Under the pieces are notes generated by a model, which saw only the letters and a list, made by a program, of their open reading frames with translations, was not told the DNA's origin and ran no database searches. A DNA stretch of 61,680 nt from Bacteroidota bacterium (GTDB lineage: Bacteria > Bacteroidota > Bacteroidia > Sphingobacteriales > Sphingobacteriaceae). Shown here piece by piece: positions 1 to 9,328 of this stretch. Numbering within the stretch: the stretch's first letter is position 1; each line of letters opens with the position of its first letter. The stretch lies in assembly GCA_018267005.1 (NCBI GenBank), contig JAFDZK010000001.1, positions 1-61,680 on the forward strand. The letters are read 5' to 3'. The translations under genes and the position numbers were made by a program.

Positions 1-81
1 AGTCCGTTTAACAGGCAGGGCTTTTATAAGGAAGTTTTAACAAAATACTGACGAAAAAGGCTGATCGCCCGGAGCGGGCTT

Positions 82-651
82 TTATAACTGTTCCGCGATG
101 AATAGAAACGGCTTGTCAAATTTTAAGCTGAAAAAGCCATCCTGTATGGTCATAAAACGGTGGTTGCCAAGCGGCTCGAGGCCGCTGGTGTGCAACTCGT
201 GCGGGTGGGTAAGCACTTCAATGATCTCTCCGGCGCTCTTCCATTTGCTGAAACCTGAGTTGACCGCAAATACACGCTGATCGCGGCAATAAATAACCAG
301 GTCGATCTTGCCTGTAAAAAACAAGTAATCCTTTAACTGCAGTTCATCGGTTATAATGTTTACAGCCGTATAAGCATTGGTGACCAGGTATTTCAGCGCC
401 GCTTCGGCAAAGGTGTCTTTCCCGGCGGAAATGGACCTGATATTGCTTTGCGGCATTTTGTAATCCCCTCTGGTTATGATGCCGTCGATCTTTATACCGT
501 TGGCGTCCAATACCGGCGCCAGTTGTTGTGTGGTAATGATCGTCGGACTCCATTCCAGCAGTTGGCCAAGCGATTCTCCGGGGAATTCCTCAAGCCCCAG
601 CACTACCAGCGCTGGCTCCTGTTTTTCACGTACGATGTGGTGCGATGACAC
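82..651 (-). CDS. thiamine pyrophosphokinase-like protein (Bacteroidota type)
   Basis: N-terminus MSSHHIVREKQEPAL...LGQLLEWSP resembles Bacteroidota thiamine diphosphokinases; lies downstream of thiE. Confidence 0.75.
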   Translation of the reverse strand: MSSHHIVREKQEPALVVLGLEEFPGESLGQLLEWSPTIITTQQLAPVLDANGIKIDGIITRGDYKMPQSNIRSISAGKDTFAEAALKYLVTNAYTAVNIITDELQLKDYLFFTGKIDLVIYCRDQRVFAVNSGFSKWKSAGEIIEVLTHPHELHTSGLEPLGNHRFMTIQDGFFSLKFDKPFLFIAEQL

Positions 652-653
652 GG

Positions 654-688
654 GATTAGAGATTTGAGATTGTTGACCGGAGATTAAT
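654..688. repeat. degenerate heptamer tandem arm (GATTAGA-like)
   Basis: gattaga gatttga gattgtt gaccgga gattaat; only a weak complementary arm near 756-789. Confidence 0.5.
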
Positions 689-787
689 TTTCGACAGCGG
701 AAAATTAAATAAATAGTTTGGAATTAGATATTTACAAACTGTATTTATCGTAACGAATCTTCAGCCTCTCGTCACTGATCTCAAAAA

Positions 788-1411
788 TCAATACAGCTTC
801 CTGTAAAACGCTTTCAGTGTTGCCGCCGGGTCGGGCGCCAGATTTATAGCGCCGGAAACTGCGATGCCGTAGACACCTGTTGCTATCAACGGTTCTACGT
901 CGGCCAATTGTATGCCGCCTACCGCGATAACCGGTATTTCGACCTGCTGGCGCTGCAAAGCCCTATAGCCTTCAAACCCGAGCAAGGGGTGATTGTTCGG
1001 CTTGGTATCCGTGTGTGCAAATGGACCGTACCCCGAATAATCGGCGGCACCCGTGGCCTGTACCTTTAACAGCCGTTCGATATTAGTAGCCGAGGCACCG
1101 AGCGTCTTATCATCTCCGATATATTTTCGGATGGCGGCCAGGTCGGCATCAAAATCCTCGATATGCACACCCTGTGCGTCCACGCGATCCAGCAGTTCAT
1201 AGTGATTGGTCACGATCAGCGTCGCGCCCCAGTCGTCGCAAATGGCGGCGATCTCATTGATCTCGCCGATCAACTCATCGTCGGATTTGGTCAGGCAGCG
1301 GTATTGTATCCAGTTGGCCCCGGCGCCGCAGGCAATATGTGCCTGTTCGGCATGACTGCGGTTCGGCAGGTCCTGTGTCAGGTAGTGGAATTTGGAAATG
1401 TATTTTTTCAT
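788..1411 (-). CDS. thiE: thiamine-phosphate synthase
   Basis: WIQYR, GVHI, GPFAHTDTK and IPVIAVGGI motifs of the ThiE/TenI barrel. Confidence 0.85.
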   Translation of the reverse strand: MKKYISKFHYLTQDLPNRSHAEQAHIACGAGANWIQYRCLTKSDDELIGEINEIAAICDDWGATLIVTNHYELLDRVDAQGVHIEDFDADLAAIRKYIGDDKTLGASATNIERLLKVQATGAADYSGYGPFAHTDTKPNNHPLLGFEGYRALQRQQVEIPVIAVGGIQLADVEPLIATGVYGIAVSGAINLAPDPAATLKAFYRKLY

Positions 1412-1414
1412 GTT

Positions 1415-1516
1415 GTAGTCGGAAAGTCGGGAAGACCGAAAGTCCGAAAGATGGTTTTCGTTTTAATTTAGATAAATATGCTTCCGGACTTTCCGACTTG
1501 CGGACGTCCGGACTAC
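1415..1516. repeat. inverted tandem-octamer element (AAAGTCGG / CCGACTTT)
   Basis: left arm gtagtcgg aaagtcgg gaagaccg aaagtccg aaag (1415-1450); right arm cttccgga ctttccga cttgcgga cgtccgga ctac (1481-1516). Confidence 0.9.
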
Positions 1517-3210
1517 TTGAGCACCTCCGGTATCGGCTTACCGATGCAGCCGTTCGGCGCCTGGATATGCAGCAGTGCCGCGACGGTGGGCGCGATATCG
1601 GTCATGTGCGTTTCGCGGTTCAAATGGCCGTGCTGTATGCCCCAGCCCATCAATACGAGCGGGATATGTGTATCGTAAGGATTCCATGTGCCGTGGGTAG
1701 TTCCCGTAGGCCCACTGTCGCCCGATCCATGCCCGGTAAACCACGCAGGGAAAAGAATGACCTGGATATCACCGCTGCGTTCCCGGTTATAACCATTGAC
1801 GATACGCATACGCAACTCTTCCGGGATATTGGCAGTTGCCGCCTTCTTCATATCGACTGCATAGGCCACACCGGGTTGTCTTTGCATAAATTCAATGCAA
1901 TCCTTCTTCAGTGCCTCTTTGTCAACATGCGCATAAGCAATAACCTGGTTGTTAAAATTCACCTGGTAATTGGCGAAACTAAGCACCAGCTTTTCAATCT
2001 TGTATTTGGCTAACAGGAACTTGTTCAGGCTGTCGCGAATGGCCCCTTCATCCCATACGTCAGCGGGAATACCGTGATCCCTCAGGAAAGCAGTATTGTG
2101 TGCAGCACCGTGGTCGGCGGTGAGGAAAACCGTATAATTTCCGCGCCCTACCTTGGCGTCGAGGTAAGTCAGGAATGAGGCCAGGTCGCGGTCCAAACGC
2201 AGGTAGGCATCTTCTATTTCGACAGAATTAGGCCCGAACTGGTGCCCGATATAGTCCGGCGAAGAAAGGCTCACCGCAAGAAAATCGGGTACATCGTGCT
2301 GGCCCAATTGTTCCCCATTGATGGCCGCCACCGCCAGGTCGAGTGTAAAAGTGTTCCCGTATGGCGTCGACCGGATCAGCCCGAGGCCGGTCTTTTTGTA
2401 TATGGCCGATGTTTTTACCGGCAGCGTCGGGCTGTCTGTCCCTGCGAACTTGCCCTCGTATTTGCTATTGTCCGGCAATGTCTGCACATAAGTATCAACG
2501 GGATACAGCGGGTTCCAGTCGAGCTTTAAATAATTTTCGGCGAGCTTCTGGCTGTTAAAGTCTTTCACCCATTCGGGCAGATCAGTCATATAGTACGTGC
2601 TGCTTATCCAGTTGCCGCTTTTATCGTCGAACCAGTAGGCGGCATTGGCGGTGTGGCCTGCCGGAAGAATGCCCCCGCGGTCTTTCAAAGCTATTCCGAT
2701 CACTTTCGAGCGGAAATTGGTTGCCAATTTCAATTCATCGGTAACGGTCGTGGTCAGCAGGTTGCGCGGCGACATCTCTCCCGCCTTTGATGTGCTGCCT
2801 AATGTTTTTACCGTCGTATCCTCAGTGCAATACATGGATTTCCCGGTTGCCTGTATAATAAAATCATTGCCCGCGATGCCATGTATGGCGGGCACCGAAC
2901 CGGTGTAAATACAGCTATGGCCGGGCGCCGTAAACGTCGGTATATAGTCTATCTGCGTATTGTCACAGCTAAACCCCTCATTCAGCAGGCGTTTAAACCC
3001 GTTTTGCTGGTAGCGATCATAAAACCGGTATAAATAATCCCATCGCATCTGGTCGACAACTATTCCTACTACCAGCTTTGGACGCGGCAATTGGTTAGTT
3101 GCGGTTGTGGCCGGCGCGATAGTCGAAACTGTCTTTTTCTTTTTGGTTTGCGCCGAAACAGTAAACGCAGCTAACGCGAACGAAAGTAACAGCAGGTGTT
3201 TAAATCTCAT
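1513..3210 (-). CDS. pafA: PafA-family alkaline phosphatase / nucleotide pyrophosphatase, exported
   Basis: PKLVVGIVVDQMR, TFTAPGH (Thr nucleophile), DYIGHQFGP, TADHG and THG motifs; start moved to ATG 3210 (MRFKHLL signal peptide). Confidence 0.85.
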   Translation of the reverse strand: MRFKHLLLLSFALAAFTVSAQTKKKKTVSTIAPATTATNQLPRPKLVVGIVVDQMRWDYLYRFYDRYQQNGFKRLLNEGFSCDNTQIDYIPTFTAPGHSCIYTGSVPAIHGIAGNDFIIQATGKSMYCTEDTTVKTLGSTSKAGEMSPRNLLTTTVTDELKLATNFRSKVIGIALKDRGGILPAGHTANAAYWFDDKSGNWISSTYYMTDLPEWVKDFNSQKLAENYLKLDWNPLYPVDTYVQTLPDNSKYEGKFAGTDSPTLPVKTSAIYKKTGLGLIRSTPYGNTFTLDLAVAAINGEQLGQHDVPDFLAVSLSSPDYIGHQFGPNSVEIEDAYLRLDRDLASFLTYLDAKVGRGNYTVFLTADHGAAHNTAFLRDHGIPADVWDEGAIRDSLNKFLLAKYKIEKLVLSFANYQVNFNNQVIAYAHVDKEALKKDCIEFMQRQPGVAYAVDMKKAATANIPEELRMRIVNGYNRERSGDIQVILFPAWFTGHGSGDSGPTGTTHGTWNPYDTHIPLVLMGWGIQHGHLNRETHMTDIAPTVAALLHIQAPNGCIGKPIPEVLK

Positions 3211-3409
3211 TGGTCTGGGTTTGAGTACCGCAAATATCTGTATTGACGCCAAAATTCAATGTGATATTTGCGTTACGGCAAGTTAAATTAATCATCATTT
3301 ATGCTCATGCATCAAACGGCGCCGCTGTCATCAGTTCCCATGCAGACCAGGGTGTAAATTCATATCCGTATTATTCAACCAAAGTGTAAACTTTTTTCAG
3401 GACGATACA

Positions 3410-3456
3410 GTGTAGGAGGTGTTGCAGGTGTTGCGAAACACTACACCTGCAACACC
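3410..3456. repeat. inverted tandem-nonamer hairpin (GTGTTGCAG) just after the TonB receptor stop
   Basis: perfect 14-bp stem GGTGTTGCAGGTGT (3418-3431) / ACACCTGCAACACC (3443-3456) plus an extra degenerate unit; may also act as a terminator. Confidence 0.8.
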
Positions 3457-3459
3457 AAC

Positions 3460-5883
3460 TTAAAATTTAACATTCAAACTCAGCAGGAAATTCGTCGGCG
3501 CCTGCGGGAAGAAATAATTGTAATTAACTACTTTCCCGCCTTCAATATCCGGGTAGGTAGCGCCGTTGGCCTCATACTTTTCGCTAAAGATATTGTTGAT
3601 CAGCAGGGTTAGGCCGACATTTTTCACGGCCTTCATACTAAAATTATAATTGAGCCTGAGCGAATTCACGAAATAGGCATTTAAATACCGGTTCGACGTC
3701 GGGTCCGTTGGAAGATAGCCAGCAGGATCGATGTTCGATGTATTATCTAAATACTGCCGGCTCACATATTTGCTGATAAACGCGATCTCGCCGTTTTTTA
3801 CCGGCCGGAAGCTGATTTCGCTCGAGCCGACGAAATCCGGAGAAAAGGCGATGTCGGTTTTTTTCAGCGTATTTTCAACCTGGGTATTATTGTCATAGTT
3901 GTACAGGTACTCCTGGAAATTCTTCACCTTGTTACTGCTCAGCGACGCTGTGGCCGACCAGGTTAACTGGCTGTTGATCTTCAGCCTGCCGTCAAACTCT
4001 AACCCTTCGCGATAGCTGTCCTTTACGTTGCTCCGTACCTGGTCGCCGACATCGTTCAGCGCGCCAGTCAGCACCAACTGGTTATGGTATAACATATAAA
4101 ACGCGTTAATACCGCCGGTAAATATACCCTGCTGCGTGCGGTAGCCCAACTCGAAATCTTTCAGGTTCTCCGGCTTCGGCCGGCTGCCAGGCGTCGATTG
4201 CGTGTAATCGTCCCTATCCGGCTCGTGATTGCCCACCGCAAACGAGAAATAAACGTTGTTCTTCGGGTTAAATTCATACGTTACACCGGCCTTAGGATTG
4301 AAGAAATTCAGATCCACTTGCTGCTGCACGTTCTGCAGGTAGTCGTTGAACCCGAAGAATGAATAATAGATATGGCGGTACTGCATGTCGGCGTAGAGAT
4401 CGAACTTGCCTAACTTATATTCCGCCTTGCCGAAGATGTTAAAGTCTTTTTTAAGGGCATCGTCACGGGAATACTGGTAACCCGGCGGAATGTCGGTGCT
4501 TTCCTGCGTCCATTGGATATTGTCGTAATGAGCGCCCTTGTAACGGTTCCAGGCTCCGCCAAGCGTAATATTTAAATCCTTGCCGGGCTGGTACTTGAGG
4601 TTATAAGTTGCGCCGTAAAATTTATTGTTGAGCCACAACTGCCGGGTCAGGTCGGTAGTACTGATCGTATCGCCGCCCCTTATTGCAGGTGTGATGCCAT
4701 AATCGCCCAGGTTTTGCGCTGACTTATACTCTTCGTAATAACCATAACCATGCGTATAATGCAAAGCGCCGCTGAATGAGAGTTTGCCGGTTATCTGCTG
4801 ATCGACCAGTAACTGGTAATGATCCTGCGTATAGTTATCCGTCTGGTTTTTATAGAAAGTGCCGTTCGGCTCAAGTCCCAGGTCATTGTAGGTGCGGTTG
4901 CCTGCCCGCAGACTGTCCTCCGGCACACCGTCCCAGGCCTGGTAAGTATGTTCCGTACCGGAGAAGGTATTGAACCTGATCACGGTGCTTTTGCCATAAT
5001 AAGCGCCCGACAGAAAATACGATTTGAGATCGGAAGAAGCACGGTCAATATATCCATTGGAGTAAATACGCGAGAGGCGTCCATCAAAAGTGAACTTTCC
5101 GTCAAGCAAGCCTGTACCCATATTGATGGTGTTTTTTACCGTTCCGTACGAACCGACCGCATTGTTCAGCTCGACATAGCCCGTATCGCGGCGGGTAGTC
5201 GTTTGGATATTGATGGTGGCGCCAAAAGCTCCCGCTCCGTTAGTGGAGGTACCTACGCCACGCTGAATCTGGATATTATCGACCGAAGAAGCAAAGTCGG
5301 GCACGTCGACAAAAAATACATCCTCTTCCTCTGAATCGTTGTAAGGTATGCCATTGATGGTGACATTGATACGCGTGGCGTCCGACCCGCGGATATGAAT
5401 GCCGGTGTAGCCTATGCCGGCGCCAGCATCTGAAGTTACTACAACCGACGGCGTTTGATTAAGCAGGAAGGGCATGTCCTGGCCGAGGTTGTTCTTCTGA
5501 ATTTGTTCCCGATTGAGGTTAGTAAACGCTATGGGCGAATTTTTGGAGGCACGCGTAGCGCTTACAGTCACTTCCTCGCTCATGATACTTGCCGACGCCA
5601 GGGCAAAATTGATGACCGAATCGGTGGTTAGCATAACGTTCCTTGTTAAAGCCTGGTAGCCCACATAGGTAACCTTGATTTGGTACTGTCCGCTTTTAAG
5701 GCCATGTACCTGGTAATTGCCTTTTACATCCGAAACAGCGCTGTTCGATGTATTGATGCTGATGGTCGCACCCGGCAAGGCCGCGCCGGTTTGCTGATCG
5801 GTGACTTTCCCTGAAACGGAAAGTTGTGCCGCGGCCAAAAATGGCAGCAGCGAGGCGCAAAGCGCCAGAGTAAAATTTTTCAA
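3460..5883 (-). CDS. TonB-dependent receptor, probable thiamine importer
   Basis: CarboxypepD_reg-like N-terminus, plug (RINVTINGIP, IQIQRG), C-terminal Phe; TPP riboswitch upstream; TTG at 5883 is the likely start. Confidence 0.85.
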   Translation of the reverse strand: MKNFTLALCASLLPFLAAAQLSVSGKVTDQQTGAALPGATISINTSNSAVSDVKGNYQVHGLKSGQYQIKVTYVGYQALTRNVMLTTDSVINFALASASIMSEEVTVSATRASKNSPIAFTNLNREQIQKNNLGQDMPFLLNQTPSVVVTSDAGAGIGYTGIHIRGSDATRINVTINGIPYNDSEEEDVFFVDVPDFASSVDNIQIQRGVGTSTNGAGAFGATINIQTTTRRDTGYVELNNAVGSYGTVKNTINMGTGLLDGKFTFDGRLSRIYSNGYIDRASSDLKSYFLSGAYYGKSTVIRFNTFSGTEHTYQAWDGVPEDSLRAGNRTYNDLGLEPNGTFYKNQTDNYTQDHYQLLVDQQITGKLSFSGALHYTHGYGYYEEYKSAQNLGDYGITPAIRGGDTISTTDLTRQLWLNNKFYGATYNLKYQPGKDLNITLGGAWNRYKGAHYDNIQWTQESTDIPPGYQYSRDDALKKDFNIFGKAEYKLGKFDLYADMQYRHIYYSFFGFNDYLQNVQQQVDLNFFNPKAGVTYEFNPKNNVYFSFAVGNHEPDRDDYTQSTPGSRPKPENLKDFELGYRTQQGIFTGGINAFYMLYHNQLVLTGALNDVGDQVRSNVKDSYREGLEFDGRLKINSQLTWSATASLSSNKVKNFQEYLYNYDNNTQVENTLKKTDIAFSPDFVGSSEISFRPVKNGEIAFISKYVSRQYLDNTSNIDPAGYLPTDPTSNRYLNAYFVNSLRLNYNFSMKAVKNVGLTLLINNIFSEKYEANGATYPDIEGGKVVNYNYFFPQAPTNFLLSLNVKF

Positions 5884-5958
5884 ACTGATGAATAAATTAA
5901 TTGAGTTAAACCATCTGCGTATCAGGGCTAACACGCAGTACACTTAACTTCTTACCTC

Positions 5959-6138
5959 TTCCCTACGCCGGCATTACCCGGATCAGGTGCTTGTTCCAAG
6001 TCAGAAGTCGGAAGTTAGAAGTCTGAAGTGCGCATGCTAGACTTTAGACTCAAAACTTTGGACTTTAAACTCAAACAATGGGTTTGATCTCAGCCTGTCT
6101 TTCAGTTTGATCGCTCAAAGCAAGGCACCCCTTGAGAA
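5959..6138 (-). ncRNA. TPP riboswitch with an 88-nt insertion
   Basis: minus strand GGGGTGCC...GGCTGAGATCAAACCCA-[insert]-GCACCTGATCCGGGTAATGCCGGCGTAGGGAA matches the THI-box consensus; P1 = TTCTC/GGGAA. Confidence 0.93.
5991..6078. repeat. inverted tandem-heptamer element inside the riboswitch
   Basis: five AAGT cores at 7-nt period (5998-6029) and five ACTY cores at 7-nt period (6041-6072), closed by TTGTT/AACAA. Confidence 0.9.
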
Positions 6139-6146
6139 TTATGGGG

Positions 6147-6154
6147 CAAATATA
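6147..6154 (-). promoter_or_regulatory. Bacteroidota sigma-A -7 element TATATTTG for the riboswitch transcript
   Basis: TAnnTTTG match about 8 nt upstream of the aptamer 5' end. Confidence 0.75.
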
Positions 6155-6160
6155 TGTTTT

Positions 6161-6197
6161 TAGTCCGAAAGTCGGCATAAGTCCGGAAGTCCGAAAG
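6161..6197. repeat. single octamer arm of the AAGTCCG family
   Basis: tagtccg aaagtcgg ca taagtccg gaagtccg aaaga; same unit as 1415-1450 and 38179-38216. Confidence 0.75.
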
Positions 6198-6213
6198 ATT
6201 TTATTGGGCTAGA

Positions 6214-6804
6214 TTAGTTTGCCTGTGCCTGGAAAAGGCTTTGGTTTTGGAAGATATCGTTTTGCGTAAGCAGGCGCACCACTTTTACAAAACGGCGTTG
6301 GTAGCTGCCCTCTTTCATCGAACTTATCGTAACGCCGTATTCCCTCCCCGAGGTGGAATGTATAAACCGTAACTCGTTGTTGTCGTTGCTGTAGACGATG
6401 CCCACATGACCTATCGAATGAGGATGATGGCTTTTGGTGCCTTTGAAGAGGATAATATCGCCCGGTTTCGCATCGCCGATATTGATCTCCCTGCCAGCGT
6501 TTGCAAAGTCCGAAGAAGAACGCGGCACATTGGCATTGAAGCTTTTAAAAACATAGCTTACAAAACCCGAGCAATCAAAACCCCTTGATGGACCGGAGGA
6601 TGCTTCGCGGTATGGCGTCCCTATCAACGATTGAGCAAAATATAAAAGATTGTAGGGAGATATGGTATCGGTATTGATATTGAGGTCTTTGACCGGCGCC
6701 TGTACCTTCTCGCTGTGGTGGCGATTGTTTTTGTGCGTACGGGCCATGCCGGCAAGCGCCACGCAAAAAATCAGAAGGACTGTCAGGGGCAGAGCTCTTT
6801 TCAT
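6214..6804 (-). CDS. NlpC/P60 (C40) cell-wall peptidase
   Basis: GFDCSGFV catalytic Cys, GHVGI, FIH; signal peptide. Confidence 0.9.
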   Translation of the reverse strand: MKRALPLTVLLIFCVALAGMARTHKNNRHHSEKVQAPVKDLNINTDTISPYNLLYFAQSLIGTPYREASSGPSRGFDCSGFVSYVFKSFNANVPRSSSDFANAGREINIGDAKPGDIILFKGTKSHHPHSIGHVGIVYSNDNNELRFIHSTSGREYGVTISSMKEGSYQRRFVKVVRLLTQNDIFQNQSLFQAQAN

Positions 6805-6946
6805 TCGGTGATCCGAATATAGACCATTTTTGTTTAAAATGCTATTGTAGTATACGATATAAATTCAACAAGGATTCATTCTATGCCAAACCTTTTGCCT
6901 TTCGCCTCAAAAATGTACTTTTGCAATCCTTTTATACAATACAATC

Positions 6947-8692
6947 ATGCTACGGACACATACTTGCGGCGAATTGAATATCAGCCATGTAGGGCAAAAC
7001 GTTATTTTATGCGGATGGGTGCAAAAGTCGCGCGACCTGGGCGGAATGACCTTTGTCGATGTCCGCGACCGTTATGGCTTAACCCAGCTTGTATTCAATA
7101 CGGACACTGATTTCGGCCTGCGCGAAAGCGCACGCCAGCTTGGCCGCGAGTTTGTCATCAAAGCCAGCGGAAAGGTGATCGAACGCACAAGCAAAAACGC
7201 CAAAATACCTACCGGGGAAATTGAAATAGCGGTTGATAACCTTGAGATACTGAATTCATCGCGGATACCGCCGTTCTTGATCGAGGACGAAACCGACGGG
7301 GGCGAGGAATTGCGCGCCAAGTACCGCTACCTCGATCTGCGCCGTAATCCCATACGCAACAACCTGGTGCTTCGCCACAGAATGGCGCAGGAAGTACGTA
7401 AATATTTAGACGGGCTGGGTTTCATCGAAGTGGAGACGCCGGTACTGATCAAATCGACACCGGAAGGCGCACGAGACTTCGTGGTGCCGAGCCGTATGAA
7501 CCCCGGCGAGTTTTATGCTTTGCCCCAATCACCACAAACCTTTAAGCAATTGCTGATGGTAAGCGGCTTCGACCGTTATTTCCAGATCGTAAAATGTTTC
7601 CGTGACGAGGACCTGCGCGCTGACCGCCAGCCCGAGTTTACGCAAATCGACTGCGAAATGGCTTTTATTACGCAGGAAGACATCCTCCATATTTTTGAAG
7701 GGATGACGCGCCACCTGTTCAAAACCGTAAAGGATATTCATTTTGGCGCGTTTCCGCGAATGCAGTATGCCGATGCGATGCGTATATACGGCTCCGATAA
7801 ACCGGACATCCGTTTTGGGATGCAGTTTGTCGAGCTGAACGATATTGTGAAGGGCAAAGGCTTCGGCGTATTCGATAACGCAGAACTGGTTGTCGGCATC
7901 AACGCTAAAGGCTGCGCTGAATATACCCGTAAACAGCTTGACGAGCTGACCGAGTGGCTGAAACGCCCGCAGATCGGCGCCACAGGGTTGGTTTATTGCC
8001 GATATAACTCCGATTCGACTTTAAAGTCATCCGTAGATAAGTTTTATGGTGAAGACGAGCTGACCAACTGGGCCGCAGCGTTCAATGCCGAACCGGGCGA
8101 CCTGATGCTGGTATTGGCAGGCAACGCTGACAAGGTACGCAAACAGCTGAATGAATTGCGCCTGGAGATGGGTAACCGCCTGGGACTGCGTAAAAAAGAT
8201 GAATTTGCTCCTTTATGGGTACTTGATTTTCCGTTGCTGGAATGGGACGAAGAAACCGGTCGCTACCACGCTATGCACCACCCATTCACTTCGCCGAAAC
8301 CCGAAGATATACCTATGCTTGATACCGCACCCGGGACCGTTCGCGCTAATGCCTACGACCTGGTGATCAACGGAACTGAGATTGGCGGCGGCTCTATCCG
8401 TATTCATGACCGTGACTTACAGGCGCTGATGTTCAAGCATTTGGGCTTTAGCAAAGAAGAGGCGCAAAAGCAGTTTGGCTTTTTAATGGATGCTTTCGAA
8501 TATGGAGCGCCTCCGCACGGCGGTATAGCTTTTGGTTTCGATCGCCTGTGTTCAATTTTTGCCGGACTGGATTCTATACGCGACGTAATGGCTTTCCCTA
8601 AAAACAATTCGGGGCGCGATATCATGATCGATACGCCATCGACCATTTCAGCCGACCAGATGACCGAGCTGAAGATCAAAACGACCGTATAA
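6947..8692 (+). CDS. aspS: aspartate-tRNA ligase
   Basis: [57 protein letters not shown]; TACTTTTG promoter at 6916-6923. Confidence 0.98.
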   Translation: MLRTHTCGELNISHVGQNVILCGWVQKSRDLGGMTFVDVRDRYGLTQLVFNTDTDFGLRESARQLGREFVIKASGKVIERTSKNAKIPTGEIEIAVDNLEILNSSRIPPFLIEDETDGGEELRAKYRYLDLRRNPIRNNLVLRHRMAQEVRKYLDGLGFIEVETPVLIKSTPEGARDFVVPSRMNPGEFYALPQSPQTFKQLLMVSGFDRYFQIVKCFRDEDLRADRQPEFTQIDCEMAFITQEDILHIFEGMTRHLFKTVKDIHFGAFPRMQYADAMRIYGSDKPDIRFGMQFVELNDIVKGKGFGVFDNAELVVGINAKGCAEYTRKQLDELTEWLKRPQIGATGLVYCRYNSDSTLKSSVDKFYGEDELTNWAAAFNAEPGDLMLVLAGNADKVRKQLNELRLEMGNRLGLRKKDEFAPLWVLDFPLLEWDEETGRYHAMHHPFTSPKPEDIPMLDTAPGTVRANAYDLVINGTEIGGGSIRIHDRDLQALMFKHLGFSKEEAQKQFGFLMDAFEYGAPPHGGIAFGFDRLCSIFAGLDSIRDVMAFPKNNSGRDIMIDTPSTISADQMTELKIKTTV

Positions 8693-8703
8693 TTTTCAAG
8701 ATT

Positions 8704-8743
8704 CAGCCTGGGCAATTTCCTGAAAGTTGCCGAGGCTGTTTTT
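8704..8743 (+). terminator. intrinsic terminator after aspS
   Basis: cagcct-g-ggcaa...ttgcc-g-aggctg stem followed by TTTTT. Confidence 0.75.
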
Positions 8744-8788
8744 GGTATACTTTTCTGCCAAAAAATCAGTTACCAATTAAAAACATTT

Positions 8789-9250
8789 ATGAAAAAATAT
8801 TTACTTTTTTTCAGCATCGTCCTATCAGCCTTCGCTTCGTGCAAGAAAGACACTCCCTTCGACCCTGCAAAACAAGCCGCAGCAGATGATGCGGCGATAC
8901 AAGCCTATATTAAGACTAACAACCTCAGTCCGACTAAGGATGCTTCCGGCTTGTATTACCAGGTAATGATACCGGGCAACGGCGGGTACCCCAATGCCAA
9001 CTCGGTAATTACGGCCAATTACACAGGCAAACTGCTAAACGGCACCGTATTCGATTCAGGCACGGTTAGCAACCAGCCGTTAACAAACCTGGTAGCAGGC
9101 TGGCAGATAGGCATCCCGCATATCAATACCGGCGGGCGTATATTATTGCTGGTGCCATCCGCACTTGGTTATGGCAATAGTTCAAGCAACGGCATTCCTG
9201 CCAATTCCGTGCTGATATTTACGATCGATCTGACGGGTTTTAATAATTAA
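8789..9250 (+). CDS. FKBP-type peptidyl-prolyl isomerase lipoprotein
   Basis: lipobox FASC; YTGKLLNGTVFDS, VPSALGYG, IPANSVLIF. Confidence 0.9.
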   Translation: MKKYLLFFSIVLSAFASCKKDTPFDPAKQAAADDAAIQAYIKTNNLSPTKDASGLYYQVMIPGNGGYPNANSVITANYTGKLLNGTVFDSGTVSNQPLTNLVAGWQIGIPHINTGGRILLLVPSALGYGNSSSNGIPANSVLIFTIDLTGFNN

Positions 9251-9275
9251 GAAAACCGAACTGATATTTTACAAA

Positions 9276-9306
9276 GGCGGTTTGAACGAACCGCCCTTTA
9301 TTTTTT
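9276..9306 (+). terminator. intrinsic terminator
   Basis: ggcggtt/aaccgcc stem followed by a T-rich tract. Confidence 0.65.
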
Positions 9307-9328
9307 ATATTCGGTGAAAAAACCGGAC

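Noticed and set aside
18-87. 12-bp direct repeat GGGCTTTTATAA (18-29 and 76-87)
   Set aside because: Short, at the window edge, and with no associated element, so it cannot be called a target-site duplication.
756-790. Right arm for the 654-688 heptamers
   Set aside because: Periodicity is irregular and complementarity weak, so only the left arm is reported.
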